Positions 1 through 8,499 of a stretch of DNA of 26,377 nt are shown here, piece after piece. This DNA is from Candidatus Heimdallarchaeota archaeon. Its GTDB lineage: Archaea > Asgardarchaeota > Heimdallarchaeia > JABLTI01. Every line of letters starts with the position of its first letter. Position 1 is the first letter of the stretch. The stretch spans positions 1 through 26,377 of the forward strand of contig JAUWKS010000045.1 in NCBI GenBank assembly GCA_030614005.1. The letters are read 5' to 3'. Under the pieces are notes generated by a model. That model saw only the letters and a program-made list of their open reading frames with translations, did no database searches and was not told the DNA's origin. The translations under genes and the position numbers were made by a program.

Positions 1-81
1 CTTCCTTGTTTAAAGTCCTTTTCTCTGGAGATTGCTGAAAGTATTCCTCGTGCTACACAAAATTACTTGATCTTCAAGCGT

Positions 82-1176
82 TTATTCTTCTCCATGTCCT
101 ATTTGTCCATATTTCATGACAGCAGTTGAAGCCCTTACTAGCTTCTTTTCTGGATCCAGATGTTCCAAACATTCTAAAATAGCTTCTTTTGGAGAAACAA
201 TGTATTTGAAACCAATTTTTTGGATTTTCTCAGAGCTATATACGTAACTCTTTCCAATGTAATTTACTGTAACAGGTGAAGTTGCATTCTTAATTACTTT
301 CACATTCGGTAAAATAGTTTTTAGCATTTTCAGAAAAGGCAACGTAAATTTGAAAAACCAATATTTCATAGAAAAACTCGGAGGTTTTCGATGATAATAA
401 CTAGCTACAACATCCATCATTTGGCGATAATTCGTTGGATCCCTTGCAACATTGTATGCTTGCCCTGAAACAGATTTAGCTCTTAAAGCCAGAAAAACTT
501 GAGCTCGAGCAACATCATAAGGAGATGTAATTGAAAATAAATCTTTACCACCGTTAATTAATTTTGGTAAAAATCTATATGACATAATATCTACTAAAGC
601 AGGAATAGTTTGCCTATCTCCTTTACCTATAATAGGTCCTAATCTAGTGGTAATGAAATATTTTCCAGGATTTCTTTCTGAATAGTAAGAAACAAGGTTT
701 TCAGCAATTCTTTTTGTAACTGAATATGGATCTCCTTTTAAGGAACCTATTGGATAATTTTCATCAACATAATAGATTTTTTTTCGACCTAAAAAAGAAG
801 AGTAAACAGCAATTGAACTAGTATGAATAAAACATTTTGCTTTTGATTTAATAAAAGCATCTAACAAAATTCTTGTTCCAAGGACATTTGGAATATACAT
901 TTCCATATACGATTGATTGAGTAAGCAATTTGCTGCTACATGAAAAACAAACTCTACACCATTATCCATTATTGAGGAAATTGTATCACTGTCTTGTAAA
1001 TCACCTTTGATGATGGTTACACCAAGCTCTTTCAAAAAACTAGCTTTGTCTGGATTTCGTACTAAACAGATAACATCTTTTCCCCTTGTTATACCTAACA
1101 GCTTTTCTTTAACTATATATTCCGCAACCCGGCTACCTACTTGACCTGTAGCTCCTGTTACAAAGATTTTTGCCAT
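82..1176 (-). CDS. NAD(P)-dependent epimerase/dehydratase, extended SDR (3-beta-HSD/NSDHL-like subgroup)
   Basis: 364 aa ORF. N-terminal Rossmann motif TGATGQVG, HVAA, HTSSIAVY, catalytic YxxxK (YSVTK), and a C-terminal hydrophobic patch (YWFFKFTLPFL). Confidence 0.85.
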   Translation of the reverse strand: MAKIFVTGATGQVGSRVAEYIVKEKLLGITRGKDVICLVRNPDKASFLKELGVTIIKGDLQDSDTISSIMDNGVEFVFHVAANCLLNQSYMEMYIPNVLGTRILLDAFIKSKAKCFIHTSSIAVYSSFLGRKKIYYVDENYPIGSLKGDPYSVTKRIAENLVSYYSERNPGKYFITTRLGPIIGKGDRQTIPALVDIMSYRFLPKLINGGKDLFSITSPYDVARAQVFLALRAKSVSGQAYNVARDPTNYRQMMDVVASYYHRKPPSFSMKYWFFKFTLPFLKMLKTILPNVKVIKNATSPVTVNYIGKSYVYSSEKIQKIGFKYIVSPKEAILECLEHLDPEKKLVRASTAVMKYGQIGHGEE

Positions 1177-1264
1177 TGACTATTCCCAACGATGTTATTT
1201 TTGGTGCGATGTCTATTCATCACATAGATGATATTGCTTTGATTATTGACTTTGATTTAATCAG

Positions 1265-1281
1265 ACCAACTTTTAGTTGGT
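1265..1281. promoter_or_regulatory. Perfect 17-bp palindrome ACCAACT-TTT-AGTTGGT (operator or terminator hairpin)
   Basis: 7-bp perfect arms with a 3-nt spacer, in the gap between the ltaE stop and the SDR start. Confidence 0.35.
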
Positions 1282-1330
1282 TAGTTACTATTTAATTCTT
1301 TTCTGAGTAGATTTTTAATATAATTAATGA

Positions 1331-2365
1331 TTATTTCTTACTGTATAAGTTAGCAATAGTTTCTATAATAAATTCTACATCTTCTTTTTCTATACCATAA
1401 TGAGTTACAAAACGAAATACGGAATCCCATCTGCTACTAACAATTATACCTTTTTTTGCTAAATCTTTTTTGAATTGCTGTCCAGTTATACCCAAACCAC
1501 TGATATCAATAAATAGTAAATTTGTTTGTGTTTCACGAGTAGTAATTCCCTCAATTGCTGACAAACCCTTAGCTAGAGTCTTTGAATTTGCATGATCATC
1601 TGCTAGACGATCAATCATAGTATCTAAAGCAACTATCCCTGGTGCAGCAATAATACCTACTTGTCGCATTCCTCCACCGACTAATTTTCTTACACGAAAA
1701 GCTTGATCAATAAAATCTTGACTTCCTGCAACAATAGAACCTATAGGGCACGCTAATCCTTTACTTAAACAAAACATAACACTGTCTGCCCCTTTTACTA
1801 ACTCATGTGCAGGAACACCCAAACCTACTGCGGCATTGAAAATTCTTGCACCATCAATATGAACTTTTAAATGGTGTTTTTTTGCTGTTTTGATTAAATC
1901 TTGTGTTTGTTGTATCGTCCAAATTTTCCCCCCAGCTAGATTATGAGTATTTTCTAAAGATACAAGAGAAGAAATCGGATGATGAGAATCAGGAGATCTA
2001 ATTGCTTCTTCCAACATTTCTGGAGTAATCAGATATCCTTCTTTTCCTGGAACAGTCTTCGTATGAACTCCACCTATCACTGCAGAAGAACCTTGCTCAA
2101 ATTGAAATATATGTGAATTCTGTTCAAGAATTATTTCGTCTCCACGCTTTGTTTGTCCAACAACACCACAAATATTTCCCATTGTTCCAGAGCTAACAAA
2201 GAGAGCTGCTTCCTTTCCCAGAATTTTTGCTGCTTTTTCTTGTAATTCTATGACCGTTGGATCTTCTCTATAAACATCATCACCAAGATTAGCAGTTCTT
2301 ATGGCCTCATACATTTCTTCAGTAGGCAGAGTAACAGTATCACTACGAAGGTCAAGTTTTTTCAA
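1331..2365 (-). CDS. ltaE: Low-specificity L-threonine aldolase (PLP-dependent)
   Basis: Motifs DLRSDTVT, LFVSSGTMGN, ENTHN, HIDGARIFNAA and PLP-lysine region FCLSKGL, then GGGMRQ. TTG start with GAGATGA upstream. Confidence 0.95.
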   Translation of the reverse strand: MKKLDLRSDTVTLPTEEMYEAIRTANLGDDVYREDPTVIELQEKAAKILGKEAALFVSSGTMGNICGVVGQTKRGDEIILEQNSHIFQFEQGSSAVIGGVHTKTVPGKEGYLITPEMLEEAIRSPDSHHPISSLVSLENTHNLAGGKIWTIQQTQDLIKTAKKHHLKVHIDGARIFNAAVGLGVPAHELVKGADSVMFCLSKGLACPIGSIVAGSQDFIDQAFRVRKLVGGGMRQVGIIAAPGIVALDTMIDRLADDHANSKTLAKGLSAIEGITTRETQTNLLFIDISGLGITGQQFKKDLAKKGIIVSSRWDSVFRFVTHYGIEKEDVEFIIETIANLYSKK

Positions 2366-2546
2366 ATAATGTCATCTCAGAATTATCTAATTTATCAAAC
2401 ACCCTTTAATTGAATTAATTATAATACTTTTGATAAAAATTGGTAATATTTAAACTATTTTCAATAAAGTATTAATAATCATGAGGAGTTCTATCCAAAG
2501 GGTTAATAAAAAACTGAAGCAATACTATTTTCTAGAGGGCAATTAT

Positions 2547-3203
2547 ATGCACAAATTGGACAAAACAGACTTACGAATATTAACAACATTGATAGAGGAT
2601 TCGAGGACAAGCTATGCAGCCCTTGCAAGAGAAACAAATTTAACGATTCCATCAATTAAAACACGAATTCAAAAGTACATCGATACTGGGCTGATCGAGA
2701 AATTCACCATTATTCTTGATGAAAATATGATTATGAAAGGGACATCGATGACTTTTCTATTAAAAATCAAACCAAGTCATTTAGATGAAGTTGCCAAAAA
2801 GCTATACAAAAGCCCATTTATTGCTAATATGACAATTACTTCAGGTCATTATAACCTAATTGTTGTCACACACAATATGCATGATAAGGATAAATTAGAT
2901 TTTATCAAACATATTAATTTATTACCAGGGGAATCAGTTATTGAACTTGTTTCATCTATTAATCTCGAGACATTTTTGTGTAAAACAATAGAACTGCCAA
3001 GTTCACCCATAAATTTAGTTATTCGTTGTGATTATTGTCATCGAGAATTTTCCGGAGAAGTATTTTCAAAAGCAATCCTTGGCAGAAAACGATACTTTGA
3101 CAACCCAATTTGTCAAGAAAAATACGAGGAACGAGCTAGAAAATATATTAAAGGTGAGCTTTTTAGACACCCAGATGAAGAAGATGCTGCCAAAAAGAAA
3201 TAA
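2547..3203 (+). CDS. Lrp/AsnC family transcriptional regulator with C-terminal TRASH-like domain
   Basis: HTH (LDKTDLRILTTLIEDSRTSYAALARETNLT), RAM-like domain (ITSGHYNLIV), C-terminal CDYC...YFDNPIC. Start moved from the track's 2481 to ATG 2547, which follows AGAGGG. Confidence 0.85.
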   Translation: MHKLDKTDLRILTTLIEDSRTSYAALARETNLTIPSIKTRIQKYIDTGLIEKFTIILDENMIMKGTSMTFLLKIKPSHLDEVAKKLYKSPFIANMTITSGHYNLIVVTHNMHDKDKLDFIKHINLLPGESVIELVSSINLETFLCKTIELPSSPINLVIRCDYCHREFSGEVFSKAILGRKRYFDNPICQEKYEERARKYIKGELFRHPDEEDAAKKK

Positions 3204-3280
3204 CCTTCTTCTACTAACTTTCTTTCTTCAGTACAATTATTATAGGTCAGTTTAAGTATAATAACTAAAGGTGCTACTGT

Positions 3281-3973
3281 TTGTCTGAACTCAAAAAATT
3301 CGATGCAATATTATTTGATATCGATGATACTTTATTCAATAGTACATTGATGTCTCAAACAGCGAGAATGAATGCTATTAGAGCTTTACGAGAAGCAGGA
3401 TTAGAAATCAACCGAAAAGAAGCTTTCAATCATTTATTGGAGATTGTTAAAAAATATGGTTCCAATTATCCTAATCATTTTGATCGCTTAATTGAGGAAC
3501 TTGGATTCGAAACCCACCCGAAATTGATTGCAGCAGCTGTAGTTGCATATCACAAAACAAAGACCTCATTATTACTTCCATTCCCTGATGTTGTACTCAC
3601 ATTACTTACTTTGATGAAAAATTACCGAATAGGTATTATTTCAGATGGGATAAAGGAGAAACAATGGGAGAAATTAATCTACTTAGGCCTTCAACATTTT
3701 TTTGAAACAGTTGTAATTAATGAAAATCCTAAATCATGGAAACCATCAAATATTGGGTTCAAACGCGCTATGAAAAAATTAACTTTAAAAGATCCTACGA
3801 GAATTATGTATATTGGAAATAAAATTGAATCTGATATTTTAGGTGCAAATCAAATGAAAATGGTTAGTGTTTTATTTGATCCCGAACAGAAGGTAAATAT
3901 TGATCAGTTGCAAAATGATCATAAACCAAATTATGCTATCAAAAGAATAAGCAAAATTATTGACATTATTTAG
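3281..3973 (+). CDS. HAD-superfamily hydrolase (archaeal TIGR02253-like phosphatase)
   Basis: Motif I FDIDDTLF, motif II ISDG, motif III KP, motif IV IGNKIESDILGA. Confidence 0.9.
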   Translation: MSELKKFDAILFDIDDTLFNSTLMSQTARMNAIRALREAGLEINRKEAFNHLLEIVKKYGSNYPNHFDRLIEELGFETHPKLIAAAVVAYHKTKTSLLLPFPDVVLTLLTLMKNYRIGIISDGIKEKQWEKLIYLGLQHFFETVVINENPKSWKPSNIGFKRAMKKLTLKDPTRIMYIGNKIESDILGANQMKMVSVLFDPEQKVNIDQLQNDHKPNYAIKRISKIIDII

Positions 3974-4030
3974 AAGTTTAAACAAAAAAAATGTATTTAA
4001 TGGTCGATAAAACCGTTAGAATAAAAATTT

Positions 4031-4066
4031 AAAGGTGGGGAGAAAAAAGTTCCCCAGATTTCCTTT
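4031..4066. terminator. Hairpin between convergent genes (putative terminator)
   Basis: TGGGGA (4036-4041) pairs with TCCCCA (4051-4056), extended by AAAGG/CCTTT; T-tract downstream at 4081-4087. Confidence 0.4.
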
Positions 4067-4111
4067 TAACGAATAGTGTGTTTTTTTGCGAATTAGATAA
4101 AAATAATACAG

Positions 4112-4378
4112 TTATGTTTTTGCAATAAATGGTTTACATTTATGCCCATCGCATTCAGGTACAGGAATGGATTTTCCACAACCTTCTACTTTACAAACCA
4201 GATTATCGCCGTCTAATTCCATTATTTCACCGCAACATAAAGGCCAGTCATATGTCTTACTACAGTCATCACACTTGAACATTAATTTCATATCTGATTC
4301 TTGTGCTTTGGTTTGTGTTTCCTTTAGGTTCACGCCTTTCAAATCTGCTTCTGAAACTTGCATTTCTTTATCTGACAT
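4112..4378 (-). CDS. Small Cys-rich putative metal-binding protein (88 aa)
   Basis: CDDC-x8-CCGEIM and CKVEGC-x8-CDGHKC. ATG 4378 follows the SD-like GGTGAT, so it is preferred over 4393. Confidence 0.75.
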   Translation of the reverse strand: MSDKEMQVSEADLKGVNLKETQTKAQESDMKLMFKCDDCSKTYDWPLCCGEIMELDGDNLVCKVEGCGKSIPVPECDGHKCKPFIAKT

Positions 4379-4518
4379 AGTTGATATCACCATCTTTTTC
4401 TTTGGAAGTTTTGATGATTATTTAATATTACTGTATTAGCATTCCACATATAAATTTGATTAATGAGGACATTTCGCAAAAAAAATAAAATCTTCGAAAG
4501 GAGACTCTAACTGCTAAG

Positions 4519-5709
4519 TTATTTGTTTAGATATTTTATTGCTGTTAATGCTAATATAGTACTTCCAATTGTCAGTGCATCTTCATCAATATCGAATTTC
4601 GGATTATGACAAACAGCAATTATGCCTTTTTCTTTATTACCTGATCCAAGCCAAAACATGGTTACTGGCAAGCGATAGTTATCACTGAAATCAAAGAAAT
4701 CCTCTGCACCCATTCCAGGATATTCTTCCTCTATTACATTCTCTGTACCAATCAATTCACTTGCAGCATCATTTAAGATAATGTTTAGACCTGCATCATT
4801 TATTCCAGGTGCATAACCTCTTTTTATTTCAAGAGTTATTTTAACATCAAACATTTTTTCGGTTCCCTTGACAATCCTTTGAAGATATTTGTGAGTTTCA
4901 TCTCTAACAGTTGGTAATAGAGCTCGGATTGTTCCTGTTAAGCGAGCAGTTTCGGGAATAATATTGAACGCTGATCCAGCATGAAATGTTCCAACAGTAA
5001 CAACGACGGGATATACGGGGTTAGTATTTCTTGAAGCGATTGTCTGTATAGAGTTAACCAAATGAGAACCGATAAAAATCGAATCTTTAGTTTCATGAGG
5101 ATAAGCTGCATGTCCACCTTTTCCAACAATGTCAATCCAGAATTCATCTGCACTTGCAGTCAAACTTCCATCTTTAAATTTAATTTGACCAACTTGAGTT
5201 TCTGTATCAACGTGTAAAGCAATAACAGCTGAAACGTCAGGATTTTTTAGTGCACCAGCTTCAACCATAGGTTTTGCTCCACCTAAACCTTCCTCAGCAG
5301 GTTGGAAAAATAGTTTTATGTTGCCTTTAATCTTGTCTTGTAATTTTACTAGAATTTTTGCTACACCAATGAGTATCGCTGTATGCGCGTCATGACCACA
5401 AGCATGCATTTTTCCATCAATGGTAGATTTATAGGGAACGTCATTTTCTTCTTGTAATGCTAAAGCATCCATATCAGCTCGAATTCCAATAGTTGGACCA
5501 TCACCTGCGCCACCTTTAATTAGTCCGATAACACCAGTTTTTGCTACATTTGCTTTTATGTCAATTCCAAGCTCTTTTAGTTTCTTTACCACAAGCTCAG
5601 ATGTTTCTTTTTCTTCGAAACCTAGCTCTGGGTTCATATGGATTTGACGTCTAATATCGATTATTTCAGATTTAATTTCTTGCGCTATTTTCAAAACTTC
5701 ATCTTTCAT
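4519..5709 (-). CDS. M20 family amidohydrolase (N-acyl-amino acid hydrolase/carboxypeptidase type)
   Basis: PELGFEE, RADMDAL, MHACGHDAH, FQPAEEG, GKGGHAAYPH, GAEDF, HNPKF; SD-like AGAGGA. Confidence 0.93.
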   Translation of the reverse strand: MKDEVLKIAQEIKSEIIDIRRQIHMNPELGFEEKETSELVVKKLKELGIDIKANVAKTGVIGLIKGGAGDGPTIGIRADMDALALQEENDVPYKSTIDGKMHACGHDAHTAILIGVAKILVKLQDKIKGNIKLFFQPAEEGLGGAKPMVEAGALKNPDVSAVIALHVDTETQVGQIKFKDGSLTASADEFWIDIVGKGGHAAYPHETKDSIFIGSHLVNSIQTIASRNTNPVYPVVVTVGTFHAGSAFNIIPETARLTGTIRALLPTVRDETHKYLQRIVKGTEKMFDVKITLEIKRGYAPGINDAGLNIILNDAASELIGTENVIEEEYPGMGAEDFFDFSDNYRLPVTMFWLGSGNKEKGIIAVCHNPKFDIDEDALTIGSTILALTAIKYLNK

Positions 5710-5805
5710 AGTACAATTCCTCTTATCATTCGAAATTTAACAACTATTTCTAACAAATGACAATACTTAACTCAATTTTAAAGTTATTTGATTACAAGTC
5801 AATAG

Positions 5806-6096
5806 CTATTTTCTTTGAGTATATTTTGAAATGGTATTCAACAACGATTTCTCAACTTTAATATTTAATCCCCTACCCAATGCAATTACTGCAAAAAGCA
5901 AATCACCATATTCTTCCATTATTTTTTCAGGTGATGTGGTTTTACCAGGATGCAAACCTGCACTAATCTGTAGTTCTTTAGAGAATTCACCTAGCTCCTC
6001 TATAACAGGTTCAATTAACCATTCTTTGGACCAGTAACCACCTAAAGAGTTGATTAACTCATCTACTTTTTGACAAATTATTTCGAAATCAGTCAT
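5806..6096 (-). CDS. MazG-like all-alpha NTP pyrophosphohydrolase (YpjD-like)
   Basis: 96 aa with paired metal-binding motifs EELGEFSKEL and EEYGDLLF. Confidence 0.8.
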   Translation of the reverse strand: MTDFEIICQKVDELINSLGGYWSKEWLIEPVIEELGEFSKELQISAGLHPGKTTSPEKIMEEYGDLLFAVIALGRGLNIKVEKSLLNTISKYTQRK

Positions 6097-6172
6097 AGTA
6101 ATTCAAATGATTCTATAGAGAAAAACAATCAAAAAACTTTCTGGTATCCAGAATCAATTTCTAATAATTATT

Positions 6173-8212
6173 TCAAATTTGTTGATGTTCTGATGCACTT
6201 ACTAGCCAGAAAGTTTGTGTTAATATTGCAAAAACATCTGTTAAATATGATTGACGTTTTTCTTCGAGTGCTTTCTCACTCATTGAATCTATCTTTTTCA
6301 TATTCTTTTTCAAATCATCTTGATCTGCTTTCATTGTTTCAGCAAATTTCTCCATTCCCAATTGTTCTGCTAATTCACAAGCTTCATCTATTTCTTCAAT
6401 ACCTTCTTGGTATTTATTTCCATATGCAAGAGCTTTTGCTAGTGCACGTTTAGCATACATTGTTAGTGGTAAGAACTCCAAATCTAATGAGATAAAAACC
6501 ATATCTTCCATCTTCCCCATAGCTTCTTCAAAAAGACTTTCATCTGCTTTTTCTTGATACTGGAGTAATAAAACATTGGTCTTCTCAACTATTGCTAAAG
6601 CCATTGTTAATGCAGATGGAAACTCTAATGCTTTCTCAAAAACACTTTCTAAATAACTATCAGCTTTTGTAATTTCTCTTTTTTGAATTAAGAATCTTAT
6701 TCGAGATATTAAAGCTTGAACATTTTCCTCTTCGGAATTATGAATTGAAGCAAAAAGGTCAGCTCTGCTAACATAGGTTTCTGCTAATGACAAATTTCCG
6801 AGTGCAGTAGAAATTTCAAATAACCAATTAAGAAGATCAAAATATAAATCATCTTTTTTACCAAGTTTCATACAGAAATTTAACGCTTGTTCGAACTCGT
6901 CAAATGCCGCATCCAAATTTCCAACAATTGCATTCAATTGCCCTAATTTCATATGTTCGAGTAGCAATTCTTCTTCACTTGCATTCATCTTTTCTTTGAA
7001 AATAACAACTTTGCTTCTGTTCTCCACTGCTGACCAGAAATCACCTGAAATAAAATTAACAAAAGCCAAACCACTATAAATAGAGGGAAGAAGCACCTCA
7101 AAGGAATTCTCTTTTGCTATTTCTAATGCACGTTTGTATGTTGCTAACGACTCAGCATATTGCCCTTTTATTGAAGCAAATCTAGCAAGCGCATTTAGAG
7201 AAACAGTCATAGCATAGAAGTCACTTGTTTTTTCAGAGATAGCATATGATTCAGTATAATATTGTTCAGCTTTATCTTGTTGATTTTGATTGAAAGCAAG
7301 ATTTGCTAATTTCGAGACGCAAGTAGACACACCAATCTGATCTTTCAATTTTGTGTATGCTATTTTAGCTTTCAAGTAATTTTTTTCAGCTAATTCAGTC
7401 TTGTTTTGTTTCTCAAATAGTTCGCCTTGAATTCTAATTGCTTTTGCTTCTAGTGCTAAAAATCTCTTTTCTTTAAGTGTTTCAAATACCAACTTAAGAT
7501 AGTTGTTGGCTTCAGATGCATCATTGAGACTTAAATAACCCATTGTAAGATCTAATTGAAGCTGAGCCATCCAATATGCATTATCTATTTCTTCAGCAAT
7601 TTTATATGTAATTTGAATTTCTTCAATTAATTCTTTGGGTGAAAGTTGAAGAGTCATAAATCTTCCTTTAAGTAAATATGCAGGCATAAAAATATGATTA
7701 AAATCTGGTAAAGAGTGTTTATATTTCTCTTCGAATTTATCAATGCTCTCCATTATCTTATCTAAATGAGCTTGATCTTTTGAACCACGAACAATCAATA
7801 TTTGACCAAGAACGCCGAGAGTTTCTATGTATTGAAGGATATCACCTGAATTTTCAGTTATTTTTTTGATGTCTTCTAACATTTTTATTGATTCATCAAT
7901 ATCTCCTTGAGCGGCTTTTGCTAAAGCTTGCCAAATTCGAGCACCATCATTTCCCATTTCTTTTTCCTTAAATCCCTCTGATTCAAAATAAGCATAATCT
8001 GAAAGCATATAAGCAATTTTAGCAGCTAAATACACAATCTCATAATCATCAGAAGGTAATGCTGTTGATTTTGATATTCGAGTAAACTTTTTCAGAAAAA
8101 CATTGATATCGCTGGAGTCTTTCCCTAAACGATCGAATTGAAATTCTATGCTTTCCAAAGATTCTTTGGAGAGACGATTTTCATGCAAATTGAAATCTTT
8201 TGGGAGCACCAA
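6173..8212 (-). CDS. Tetratricopeptide-repeat protein (MalT-type ~40-aa repeats)
   Basis: 679 aa, all-helical. Repeats such as LANLAFNQNQQDKAEQYYTESYAISEK, LARFASIKGQYAESLATYKRALEIAKE, LGQLNAIVGNLDAAFDEFEQALNF. TTG start after GAGGGT. Confidence 0.8.
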   Translation of the reverse strand: MVLPKDFNLHENRLSKESLESIEFQFDRLGKDSSDINVFLKKFTRISKSTALPSDDYEIVYLAAKIAYMLSDYAYFESEGFKEKEMGNDGARIWQALAKAAQGDIDESIKMLEDIKKITENSGDILQYIETLGVLGQILIVRGSKDQAHLDKIMESIDKFEEKYKHSLPDFNHIFMPAYLLKGRFMTLQLSPKELIEEIQITYKIAEEIDNAYWMAQLQLDLTMGYLSLNDASEANNYLKLVFETLKEKRFLALEAKAIRIQGELFEKQNKTELAEKNYLKAKIAYTKLKDQIGVSTCVSKLANLAFNQNQQDKAEQYYTESYAISEKTSDFYAMTVSLNALARFASIKGQYAESLATYKRALEIAKENSFEVLLPSIYSGLAFVNFISGDFWSAVENRSKVVIFKEKMNASEEELLLEHMKLGQLNAIVGNLDAAFDEFEQALNFCMKLGKKDDLYFDLLNWLFEISTALGNLSLAETYVSRADLFASIHNSEEENVQALISRIRFLIQKREITKADSYLESVFEKALEFPSALTMALAIVEKTNVLLLQYQEKADESLFEEAMGKMEDMVFISLDLEFLPLTMYAKRALAKALAYGNKYQEGIEEIDEACELAEQLGMEKFAETMKADQDDLKKNMKKIDSMSEKALEEKRQSYLTDVFAILTQTFWLVSASEHQQI

Positions 8213-8499
8213 ATAATAACCCTCAATTTATTTATAAGAATAATAATAACGATTAGTTATTAAACTTTAATGAAAGGACAAAATAGTTTTAACTTTACAG
8301 ATAAACACAATTGTTGTCTTAATCTTTTAAATGTTTTTTAGGAAAATTCTCTACCATATTTAAATGTATAAGTATGAGACTAAATTAAAGAGAAAATAGC
8401 ACAATCCGAAAGGTAATAAAGAAGTTCGGTAGATTTTTTATCAAGAAAAGCTTTTTCAATTATTAGAATAACGTTCTTTCCTAATGCGTGGTGAAAAAA

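Noticed and set aside
1-81. Possible gene fragment at the window start
   Set aside because: No frame gives a start, SD or recognisable motif that I can support in 81 nt.
3811-3843. HAD motif IV reads GN rather than GD
   Set aside because: To my knowledge this variant occurs in other archaeal members of the family, and the second Asp (SD) is kept, so it is not evidence of inactivation.
4081-4484. MITE or gene-cassette interpretation of the 12-bp inverted repeats flanking the Cys-rich gene
   Set aside because: No target-site duplication, the repeat is mostly a T-run and does not extend inward, and a few such matches are expected by chance. Kept only as a motif observation.
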